IMG/VR virus record: IMGVR_UViG_2690316068_000002
Source of the DNA: a virus
Taxonomy: Duplodnaviria; Heunggongvirae; Uroviricota; Caudoviricetes
Length of the DNA: 64,000 nucleotides
Strand: one strand, 5' to 3'
Positions 39,745 to 48,303 of this stretch are shown piece after piece. The first letter of the stretch is position 1, and each line of letters begins with the position of its first letter. Below the pieces are notes generated by a model. It searched no databases and was not told the origin of the DNA. It saw nothing but the letters and a program-made list of their open reading frames with translations. The position numbers and the translations under genes were made by a program.

Positions 39745-40773
39745 TTACAGAGAGTCCAGCTCTCTCAGTAGGTCATCCAGACCTTCATCTTCCGTCGCAG
39801 ATGCGGTTGCTACAGATGTCGCTGCGACTGCTTCAGACTCTTTGACTGATACGGCAACGGCAGCGGAACTTGCCTCTGGTTTAAATTCAGTTTCAACGGC
39901 ACGGAGGATTTCTTCATCAACCAGACTGGTTGGTTCAGAAGCCGGTGTGTGCGCGGTTGCTACAGCCGTCGCTCCTTCTGTATGACCAGTGACAGAGCCA
40001 AATCCAGGTAGTGCCGCAGCCGATGTTTTCGCGGTTGAGGAAATTGCTGGTGCAGATGCTGCGGCAGTTGGTGCAGCGATGCCAATCAGACGACCCATAG
40101 TGCGAACTGTCGACAGAAGACGAGTTTCATCAGCCTGATTTGCGTATGCGATCAGATCATGCTGGGTGTTCCAGAATTTATCTTCGATATCGCCTTTGTA
40201 GACTTTACGCTTAGGCGAGACGTCATATTTGGTATCGCGACCAGAGCCAGTACGTTTAATCAGGAATGCGTAGCCTTCCTCTTTGCTCAGTGGATTGCCG
40301 ATATCATCAGCGATGTCTTCGGTGATTGCTTTGCAGATATCATCGAATACAGTAGACGGCAGCTCGATTAACTGGCATTTCTCAGCATCTGCGAAATCCT
40401 CACGAGCAGAAAGAATGCCGTTGACCAGGTAGCGAGGAGTGGCACGCATTTGACCGATGCGTTCTTCCATTGCTTTGTTACCCTTGTGACGAGCGCGACC
40501 TTCCATAACCATTTCGCATAGCTGACAAGCGCGACCGTGAGTATGTTGCTCACAAATATAAGCGTTGGTTGCTTCTTTACCTTCCTCGTTCTGATACTTA
40601 ACGTAGTGCATACCGAAAGTCTGGAAGAACTTACCGTTTGGGTCGTCTTTATTCGGGAAGATGCGGATATAGTTGACGCCGTCTTTTAAGCGAGTCAGAT
40701 CAACGTTGTTGCCACGTTTGGCGGCAATGTCTTCACGAGTTTTGTTAAGCAAATCAAGTAATGTCTTAGACAT
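39745..40773 (-). CDS. Single-stranded DNA-binding protein, gp32-like
   Basis: 342 aa; H-x-C-x-C-x2-C zinc site (HTHGRACQLCE), Ala/Ser-rich linker, acidic C-terminal tail DDLLRELDSL. Confidence 0.7.
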   Translation of the reverse strand: MSKTLLDLLNKTREDIAAKRGNNVDLTRLKDGVNYIRIFPNKDDPNGKFFQTFGMHYVKYQNEEGKEATNAYICEQHTHGRACQLCEMVMEGRARHKGNKAMEERIGQMRATPRYLVNGILSAREDFADAEKCQLIELPSTVFDDICKAITEDIADDIGNPLSKEEGYAFLIKRTGSGRDTKYDVSPKRKVYKGDIEDKFWNTQHDLIAYANQADETRLLSTVRTMGRLIGIAAPTAAASAPAISSTAKTSAAALPGFGSVTGHTEGATAVATAHTPASEPTSLVDEEILRAVETEFKPEASSAAVAVSVKESEAVAATSVATASATEDEGLDDLLRELDSL

Positions 40774-40890
40774 GTGTTTCTCCTTGTTGTGATTTGGCCG
40801 ATGGCGCTATGCGCGTTGGGCTTTCGTTCATTCGTGGCTCTTTCGAGCTGTTAAATGATAGATCAGTACTTACTTATTATCTATCAAAAA

Positions 40891-41322
40891 TCAACGGGGA
40901 GTAATAAAGCGTTCAGAGCCTAATCGCTCTAATTCAACGATGGCCATCTTTGACGCCTGAACGATCATGTCTCGGCGATGCGAAAAGGCGGCGACAGCAT
41001 GTTTGTATATGTCTGCGATGTGCCGTGCTTCATCCAACTTCTGCCGTTTAGACAGATACTGTGGGTTTGTTTTAACCTTAGCGTCCAGTACAGACTCGTT
41101 GAACTTAATGCCGTTCATACTCAAGTTCTTACGCTCTGTGTCGTATAGCTTTGCTTCAACAGCTTCAAGGTTAAGTTTTGCCTCTGCGACATCTCGATCT
41201 GCCTGCGCTAGTTTTGACCCATACTCCATTAAAAGCCGTGGCTGTTTACGCCATACTTCCTCAAGGTTGTCGCGGTCGAACTCCAGATCGGCCATGATTT
41301 TAGAAAAAATATCAGTGTTCAC
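40891..41322 (-). CDS. Hypothetical coiled-coil protein (UvsY-like mediator possible)
   Basis: 143 aa; adjacent to SSB and RecA-like genes. Confidence 0.35.
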   Translation of the reverse strand: MNTDIFSKIMADLEFDRDNLEEVWRKQPRLLMEYGSKLAQADRDVAEAKLNLEAVEAKLYDTERKNLSMNGIKFNESVLDAKVKTNPQYLSKRQKLDEARHIADIYKHAVAAFSHRRDMIVQASKMAIVELERLGSERFITPR

Positions 41323-41529
41323 TCTAATAGGTTCCTACTTATAAAATCTGTATCAATTATATCAAACAGAGAACGGGTTTATGGCGTCATGTCAACTTTG
41401 TTCAGGGGAAAATATTGAGATCACCGAAGATAATTAGTTGTCTTATTTTGGTAAGCTGTGCTGACCATCTTTAGGTCACATACATGAGATGGATGGGGGT
41501 GTGGCATGAACGGATGAAATTCAGTCGCC

Positions 41530-41559
41530 GTTGACAGATGTCAACACTGTGAATAGAAT
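41530..41559 (+). promoter_or_regulatory. Sigma70-type promoter with overlapping palindromic operator
   Basis: TTGACA-N17-TAGAAT; -35 lies inside palindrome GTTGACAGATGTCAAC; AGGCG Shine-Dalgarno and ATG at 41577 follow. Confidence 0.6.
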
Positions 41560-41576
41560 ACTATTATCGGAGGCGA

Positions 41577-41801
41577 ATGAAGCAACATCCGAATAAGCAT
41601 ATTCAAGCAGCCATTGACTATGCATTAAGTAAAGGCTGGATCTGGGTAGCTGCTGGTGGTGCTGCACATTGTTTTTGCAGACTGCGATGCGGTAATCCAG
41701 AAGGTGAACACAAAACTCACCAAATGAGCGTATGGTCGACTCCGGGTAATCCCGAAAACCATGCCAAACAGATCAAACGAATGGTTGATCGTTGTAAATG
41801 A
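41577..41801 (+). CDS. Small protein, possible HicA-like toxin
   Basis: 74 aa; GW...G-AH...IKRMV pattern loosely HicA-like; Cys-rich. Confidence 0.3.
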   Translation: MKQHPNKHIQAAIDYALSKGWIWVAAGGAAHCFCRLRCGNPEGEHKTHQMSVWSTPGNPENHAKQIKRMVDRCK

Positions 41802-41861
41802 TTTCAAGGCGGCATTAGCCGCCTTTTGCAGAAACTGTCCAACTATCTTCAAAGGAAAACT

Positions 41862-42425
41862 ATGGCGCTTTATAACTTCACTCTGACGCTCTCAGGCGTA
41901 TCGTATGAGACGGAAGGACTGGAAGACGCGCTGTACCAAAACGGCTGTGACGATGCGCTAATTTGCGCATATGGAAACTCCGTCTATGTAGAATTTGACC
42001 GCGAAGCACAATCACTTGATGCAGCTATCGCATCTGCGGTCGACAATATTGAATCAGCCGGTATCGGTGCAATTGTTGAATCCGTCGACTCGGCTCTTGT
42101 GGGCTTAAGCGATATCGCGGAACTGACAGACCTGTCTCGCCAGGCAGTGGCGTTGCTCAAAGACGGTAAGCGCGGAAGCGGCGACTTCCCTTGCCCTGTA
42201 CAACGCATAAAAGGCCAGTCTCCTCTCTGGGATTGGGCTGATGTGGCTGAATGGCTCATGAATAACGGACGACTTAAAGAGGGCGATCAAATTGTCCAAA
42301 ATGCCCGAACTTTGAGTAAATGGAATCTGGCGCTTCGAAACAGCGTCTCGAAAGATTTCAACGAAATAGAGCAAATTGCGGAGAAACTGATTAAACGCCG
42401 CAAAGATATTGCGAAATGCGCATAA
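41862..42425 (+). CDS. HTH-containing protein, possible antitoxin or regulator
   Basis: ATG at 41862 with AAGGA Shine-Dalgarno; C-terminal LSDIAELTDLSRQAVALL HTH-like segment. Confidence 0.4.
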   Translation: MALYNFTLTLSGVSYETEGLEDALYQNGCDDALICAYGNSVYVEFDREAQSLDAAIASAVDNIESAGIGAIVESVDSALVGLSDIAELTDLSRQAVALLKDGKRGSGDFPCPVQRIKGQSPLWDWADVAEWLMNNGRLKEGDQIVQNARTLSKWNLALRNSVSKDFNEIEQIAEKLIKRRKDIAKCA

Positions 42426-42428
42426 TGA

Positions 42429-42448
42429 TGCCCGCCAATTGGCGGGCA
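42429..42448 (+). terminator. Terminator-like hairpin
   Basis: gcccgcc-aatt-ggcgggc. Confidence 0.4.
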
Positions 42449-42754
42449 TCTGTTCTCTGTAAAGGTGTCTGGCATCGTCTGGTTCGTTAACGTTTACTAA
42501 ACCAATGGTGACAAAAATTAGTTATCTTTGAAAAATAAAGGTTGCATGAAAAGAAGGGGTATGCGTTAATAGCATCGTTGGTTTGCAAGACAGACCTTAT
42601 GTAAGCAGTTTTAGTAAAGCAGTCTCAGTTCAGTGTTATCTTCTGATTTCCCTTCTTCGTGAGTCTCCTCCTTAAGTGCCTAAGTAAGTCCCAATCTATA
42701 CAGATCAAATTCTCGCCGCACTATGTGGCTCACAAAATTAAGAAGGTAATATCT

Positions 42755-42970
42755 ATGTCTAATAAAATGACTGGTTTAGTAAAATGGTTTAACTCTGATA
42801 AAGGCTTTGGCTTTATTTCTCCTGCTGATGGCAGTAAAGATGTTTTTGTACATTTTTCGGCAATTCAGAGTAATAATTTCCGCACTTTGGAAGAAGGCCA
42901 GCAGGTCGAATTCTCTATCGAGAATGGGGCTAAAGGCCCAGCAGCAGCAAATGTCGTTGCTCTAAGTTGA
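42755..42970 (+). CDS. Cold-shock protein, CspA family
   Basis: 71 aa from ATG 42755; [13 protein letters not shown]...[13 protein letters not shown]-track start 42659 lies in the long leader. Confidence 0.9.
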   Translation: MSNKMTGLVKWFNSDKGFGFISPADGSKDVFVHFSAIQSNNFRTLEEGQQVEFSIENGAKGPAAANVVALS

Positions 42971-43245
42971 TTCAACGCTGATGATCCTCATTTCTACAAT
43001 AACGAAGACGGTGTAAGCCTGAGTGGATAGATTTGTAGGATTGTACAAGTTGAATAAATTAGCATGGTAAGGCCATGCTAATTAAATCGACACAACGGCC
43101 AGTTTATTCCATAAAAGTGAATTGCCCATTGTGGCGAAATGCGGGGTTGCCGCATGAATAGTCAAAGGCAGAAGCTAACTGCCGGCATGGCAAAACAAAG
43201 TGCGTAAGAGGAGTGACTTCCTCAACAAGCGCCATAATTCTTTAT

Positions 43246-43272
43246 AAACCCGCCAACAGGCGGGTTTTCTTT
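43246..43272. terminator. Rho-independent terminator (bidirectional)
   Basis: aaacccgcc-aacag-gcgggtttt. Confidence 0.6.
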
Positions 43273-43273
43273 A

Positions 43274-46200
43274 TTACTTATTTATTGTCTCCGCGATATC
43301 AGCCAGAATGGCCTCCAGTCGCTCTCCTTCTTCCGGTCGGAAGTACAGGATATTCGGGTTAAATCCGTAGAAGACGGTTGCATCAAGCTCTGGGAAGTAC
43401 TCCTTACGACCAATCAGATCTGATGGTTTACTCTTATTGTTAAATAGTGCGGTTGAACGACTACCACACGTCAAAATGTAGGTCGGACGCACCAGATTGA
43501 TCTCTTCACGCATAAAGTCGGTGAACTGGCCGATCTCGTCTTTGGTGTAGTCTTTTTCTTTGTCTTTAACCTTCTTGCAAACGCCTGTGACATAGAGATC
43601 GCCCATGCGTAAATCTCCAGCCGTCAATAGCTTGGCCTTAAAGTCGTCGTATCCGTTCTCCATGAAGTAACCGGTTCGAGCATCATTGCCGTTCGCATTG
43701 TCCAGAATGATCATGATTTTCGGCTTAATACCAATGTTGGGGCGGATTAGTTCATCACCTAAGCCCATTTCAGCCGCCATCCGTGTCATGAGCACGTTAA
43801 TCTCAGCCGAACGTTTGGGGTTCATCTCAAACGGACGTGAGGCTTTAACTGCGTCTATGACAAGGTTTCCCATCAATTCAGCCTGGTCGCGTAGGCGCTC
43901 TGGATCAGTTGCTGGCAGACTACCTGGCTCGATGGATGCAAACGCCCCTACTTTTTGCAGCGATTCGCGCACTCGACTATTACAGGCACGTTTCTCGACA
44001 GCTTCTTCGAATTGCGCCAGTGACTCGAATTTGCCGCCAACTTTTTCTCGCGCTCTCATGATGGCTTGGCAGCCATTCTCAGAACACCCCTTCACAGCAG
44101 AGAAGGGCGCATACAGCACCTGGCTGCCATCTTCAAGCGTGCGGATCTCGATTCGGTTAGATGACACGTTAACGTCTGGTGGCAATACGCGAATACCATA
44201 GGTCAGCGCATCTTTAACCAGCCCCTGGTGTTTATCTTCGCCAAGAATAGTGAGAGCAGCAGCGAAAAACTCTGCGGGATAATGAGTTTTCAACCACATA
44301 GATTGATAACTGATTAAGGAGTAGGCAACAGAGTGTGATTTATTGAACTGGTAGGCACCATTTTTTTCGAATGCGGTCCAGATCTCCTTCGCTTTCATCT
44401 CTGATAGCCCTGGATGTGACGCTGTAACGCGTACTGCGTTTATAGGTAGTTTTGCGCCGTGCTCAAGTGCCTCTTCGACAGTTTTCAGAGTTCCGTCTTC
44501 GCATTTAAAATGTTCCGCACGGTGAATGCGCTGTGTAGTGCCATCTTCCAGCTCAACGTCTATCCAGCCAGCTTGAGCCTGAACGATGAACTTCTCGCCC
44601 ATGCTCTTCATTTTTTCCATGTTCTTCTTACCGATTGCGGAACGCACACCGTCAGCTTCAGCCATTGTGAAGCCGGCAAGCAATCGAGTCGCGTTCATCG
44701 TCTGTTCCTGATAGAGAATCACGCCATTTGTTTCCGCGGTAAGTTCATCAAGAACGGGGTGTAATGATTCCGGCGTCATAAAGCCTTTGGCGACAGAAAC
44801 ATAGTCGTCCAACATGCCGGATTGGATCGGGCCAGGTCGGAAGAGTGCGGTCGTGGCGACAACGGTTTTAAAGCTCATTGGCTCAATGCCACCGCCTAGA
44901 TCTTTAAGCAGCTTGCGCATGGGGCCGGACTCCAGCTGGAATACGCCCTGTGTATACCCTGCAGCAAAACCATCCAGCACCTTGCGATCTTCAAGAGAAA
45001 TGGCATCAAGATTGATATCTTCACCTGTGTTCTCTTTTATGTAGCGTTTTGCACTATCGAGCAAATCGAGAGTTGCCAGGCCAAGCACGTCCAGCTTAAT
45101 TAGGCCCATAGCCTCGCAGTAACGCTTGTCAAATGCGATACAACGCGCGTCACCACGGCGCTCAACCGGTGTACGTTCTGTCAGAGGAACACCTGCTACA
45201 ATCATCCCTGCCGCATGTCTACCAAAGCCACGCATAAGGCTTTGTAACTTGCAGGCTGCATTGAATGCATCAGGATATTTTGTTGCGTATTTGTCGAGAC
45301 TTGCCAGTTGTTCGCGCAGCTCTTCCAATGGAAGGCTATCATCCTCGACGTTCTTCAGTTCTTTTGATACCGCCATATCTGCGGACTCCACACCATAAAT
45401 ACGAGCGGTGTCACGTAGTGCAGAGGCTGCGCCCAGGTAGGTGAAGTTCGGAATGCCTGCAACGTAATCTTCGCCGTAGCGTTCATTCAGATACTCGATC
45501 ACCTCATGGCGACGTGCCTGGCTGAAGTCCAAGTCCGCATCCGGCAAGTCGAGACGCTCAGGGTTGATGAAACGCTCAAACAGAAGACCGTGACGGATTG
45601 GGTCGACGTTGGTTATGCCTATGCACCACGCCACCAGAGAACCGGCAGAGGAACCACGACCAGGCCCGACAGGAATGCCAGTTTCACGGCTGTGATTCAT
45701 CAGATCGCGTACCATCAGGAAGTAACCACAAAATCCCAGGCGAGTCAGCGTGTTCATTTCGTACTTTAGCCGCTCAACATAAACCCTGTTCTCAGAAGCA
45801 GGTGGTGTGTATCCAAACTCTTTTGTGGTAAGACGTTTACGCAGCCCTGCAACAGCCAGTTTCATCAGCGTTGCAGGTTCGTCGTCTGCCATCTTGGGCA
45901 GTGCTGGTGGCAATTCATGCCAGCGCCATGTGCAGGCATCGATAATGGAGTCCTGCGTTGTTGAGGCCATTGCAGCTGTTACCGGCACATCCATGCGAAC
46001 GGAGAAGGCTTTAAGCGCCTCAAGGAGATGGCGACGACCATTGATGGCGTTATCTCGCTGGTGGGGGATACGCAGACGATGCGGCTGGTCGATTTTTATG
46101 TTGTTCGTAACCATGTGCGCAATGTCTTTAATGTCTGCATCGTCGATCGATTCGTAATAAGCGGGATAGAACGCTACTGGCTCTATTTTCAGTGCGCTGG

Positions 46201-46792
46201 CTACTTTCATCGCTCGGACGTTAATCTGGTCGTAGAATGGGGTAGGGTGCGGATAAACCACGCTATAGAAGTTGTCTTTCCCGCCCGCTGTAATCAGTGA
46301 GCTTATGATTTTTGCAAAATCGTTGCGTTGGAACACGCTACCGATGTCGGAAGTGAGCAGGATGATGTTGCCTTTGGCATATGTAGAAACCAACTGTTCG
46401 AGCGAGAGACGCGGTACAAAGTAGAACTGTTCTCGTGTGTTGGCCACCGTCATTAGTTCGCAGATGTCGCGATATCCTTGCTCATTTTTAATTAGAGCGG
46501 TAAACGAGTAGTTACGTCCCCGCTCTAATGATTCCATACATCTCATAGATTCTTTAGCAAGTTTAGCCCGGTGCTCGTATGTGGGATCATCAACGATATT
46601 TAGTTTCACACCACAAATAACCGCCATGTCGTCACCAGCGGCACGTTGTAGTGGAATAACGCTCGCAATATTCATGCTATCTGCTGAAATTACAGCGGTG
46701 TAGCCAGCTTCTCTGGCAATCTTCACCGCGTTTTCTGCTTTTAGAGCCGACTCCCCAAGTGAGAAGTCAGTTCGAACCATCAGTGCCTTCAT
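43274..46792 (-). CDS. DNA polymerase III alpha-type (DnaE family) replicative polymerase
   Basis: 1172 aa; N-terminal PHP domain; GPGRGSSAGSLVAWCIGITNVDP motif; conserved ribosome-binding context. Confidence 0.9.
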   Translation of the reverse strand: MKALMVRTDFSLGESALKAENAVKIAREAGYTAVISADSMNIASVIPLQRAAGDDMAVICGVKLNIVDDPTYEHRAKLAKESMRCMESLERGRNYSFTALIKNEQGYRDICELMTVANTREQFYFVPRLSLEQLVSTYAKGNIILLTSDIGSVFQRNDFAKIISSLITAGGKDNFYSVVYPHPTPFYDQINVRAMKVASALKIEPVAFYPAYYESIDDADIKDIAHMVTNNIKIDQPHRLRIPHQRDNAINGRRHLLEALKAFSVRMDVPVTAAMASTTQDSIIDACTWRWHELPPALPKMADDEPATLMKLAVAGLRKRLTTKEFGYTPPASENRVYVERLKYEMNTLTRLGFCGYFLMVRDLMNHSRETGIPVGPGRGSSAGSLVAWCIGITNVDPIRHGLLFERFINPERLDLPDADLDFSQARRHEVIEYLNERYGEDYVAGIPNFTYLGAASALRDTARIYGVESADMAVSKELKNVEDDSLPLEELREQLASLDKYATKYPDAFNAACKLQSLMRGFGRHAAGMIVAGVPLTERTPVERRGDARCIAFDKRYCEAMGLIKLDVLGLATLDLLDSAKRYIKENTGEDINLDAISLEDRKVLDGFAAGYTQGVFQLESGPMRKLLKDLGGGIEPMSFKTVVATTALFRPGPIQSGMLDDYVSVAKGFMTPESLHPVLDELTAETNGVILYQEQTMNATRLLAGFTMAEADGVRSAIGKKNMEKMKSMGEKFIVQAQAGWIDVELEDGTTQRIHRAEHFKCEDGTLKTVEEALEHGAKLPINAVRVTASHPGLSEMKAKEIWTAFEKNGAYQFNKSHSVAYSLISYQSMWLKTHYPAEFFAAALTILGEDKHQGLVKDALTYGIRVLPPDVNVSSNRIEIRTLEDGSQVLYAPFSAVKGCSENGCQAIMRAREKVGGKFESLAQFEEAVEKRACNSRVRESLQKVGAFASIEPGSLPATDPERLRDQAELMGNLVIDAVKASRPFEMNPKRSAEINVLMTRMAAEMGLGDELIRPNIGIKPKIMIILDNANGNDARTGYFMENGYDDFKAKLLTAGDLRMGDLYVTGVCKKVKDKEKDYTKDEIGQFTDFMREEINLVRPTYILTCGSRSTALFNNKSKPSDLIGRKEYFPELDATVFYGFNPNILYFRPEEGERLEAILADIAETINK

Positions 46793-46976
46793 GTGTTTTT
46801 ACCTTTCTGGTTTTTTTGATTTTGTCATTTGGGAAGCCTACGAACTTCCCATGCATCGAAATCGCAACTTCTTTTGCTGATTGGTGACAATCGGGCTTGT
46901 CTGGACACACCAGACAAGCCTTACCAGTTTCAGAAGCAGCGATAAGAGAGCCGAAACATCCTTTACGCACGATCAA
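46767..46976 (-). CDS. Small Cys-containing protein (possible zinc ribbon)
   Basis: 69-aa ORF between CobS-like and DnaE genes; overlaps DnaE start by 26 nt. Confidence 0.25.
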   Translation of the reverse strand: MIVRKGCFGSLIAASETGKACLVCPDKPDCHQSAKEVAISMHGKFVGFPNDKIKKTRKVKTHEGTDGSN

Positions 46977-48208
46977 CCAAATATTTTTTGAACAACTTCA
47001 CGAGCCGCTTGTGCAGAAGCTGAAGGGAGTTTGTTAATGAAAGAACGCTCAATACCTGTCACAAAGTCGCCTCGCATCATTCCAATCTTGGCCGACAACA
47101 AAAGTTCACGAGGGCCAATTGGCTGACTGATAAGGTGTTCTTCGTATCCATCGCGAACGATACCGGCAAACTTAACCATCTTTTCTGCGTATTCATCCAC
47201 GATACCGGCATTTATCAACATGTTGATCTCTGCCTCTTTGCTCATGTATTTCACATTCGAAACGATGCCAAAACGCGAAAAGTTCGCGGCGTTCTGGATG
47301 TTTGTACCCTGGTACAAGCCGGTTTCATCACCAGATCCGTTCGTGTTGCCAGTGCCAATGAAAGCAAACCGTTCATGCGGAGTAATGCGACGCCATTCTG
47401 GAGTCGCCTCTTTGATGACCAACGCTTCACCTTCCAGCACTGGCTGATACACGCCAAGAATCTGTGGAAACGCAAAGTCGTATTCATCCGCGAGGTAAAC
47501 CCAGCCATGCTTCATTGCGAGCGCAAGCAAGCCAGGCTCGAAATACGTAGAGCCATCACGCGCCAGAATTTGTCCCGTAACATGAGCCTCTTCCATTGAT
47601 GCTGTATGTTGGGCACGGATTAACGGACGATTGAGCAAAGCACATAGTTGTGTAGGCAATGAAGATTTGCCTGTTCCTGCATGACCCCACAAATAGCCAG
47701 GTATGCCAAGTTCAAGCATCATGAAAATGTCTTTGATCAGTTCGAAGTCGCCATATACGTATCCCTTCTTCACTTCTGGAACGAACTCTGGAAACGGCGT
47801 ATTGACGTTGACGCTAACCATGAGCGGCGTCCCACGTTTTGTTCCGAGTTCTTTCACCGTTACATTTAGCAGTTCGTGAGCTGCGACCAGATCTGTCTTG
47901 TACTCAACTGTGCCTGTGTAGCCTGGGCTACTGGTCACGCCAGATGATTTGGCCATTTCGCTTTTTTGCTCGGCACGTTTAGCTTGAATTGCATCAAGTG
48001 CCTTTTTCGATAGCGTTGGCTCATCTGGAAACTGTGTTGTGTACATTTTCAGTACGGTGTCAGGATCGGCATCTTTTACTGACTCAGGAATGCCCTCGCA
48101 ATTACCATTGGCAACATGGGACTTAAAATAGTGAAATGATTTTCCGCACCACTTGCAAACAAGGTAATCAGAAGGATTTTTTTCATTTTGCAGTGCAGTA
48201 GTAGTCAT
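46973..48208 (-). CDS. AAA+ ATPase, CobS/MoxR-like
   Basis: 411 aa; Walker A GHAGTGKSS; FAFIGTGNTNGSGDETGLYQGT CobS-like motif. Confidence 0.6.
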   Translation of the reverse strand: MTTTALQNEKNPSDYLVCKWCGKSFHYFKSHVANGNCEGIPESVKDADPDTVLKMYTTQFPDEPTLSKKALDAIQAKRAEQKSEMAKSSGVTSSPGYTGTVEYKTDLVAAHELLNVTVKELGTKRGTPLMVSVNVNTPFPEFVPEVKKGYVYGDFELIKDIFMMLELGIPGYLWGHAGTGKSSLPTQLCALLNRPLIRAQHTASMEEAHVTGQILARDGSTYFEPGLLALAMKHGWVYLADEYDFAFPQILGVYQPVLEGEALVIKEATPEWRRITPHERFAFIGTGNTNGSGDETGLYQGTNIQNAANFSRFGIVSNVKYMSKEAEINMLINAGIVDEYAEKMVKFAGIVRDGYEEHLISQPIGPRELLLSAKIGMMRGDFVTGIERSFINKLPSASAQAAREVVQKIFG

Positions 48209-48303
48209 GCGTTTTTCCTTTGTTTTCTAATGAGCGTTCAACTTCTTATATAAATATATCATTATCTATCGTAAGTGGTTACTTATCATTAAGGCTGTTT
48301 TAT

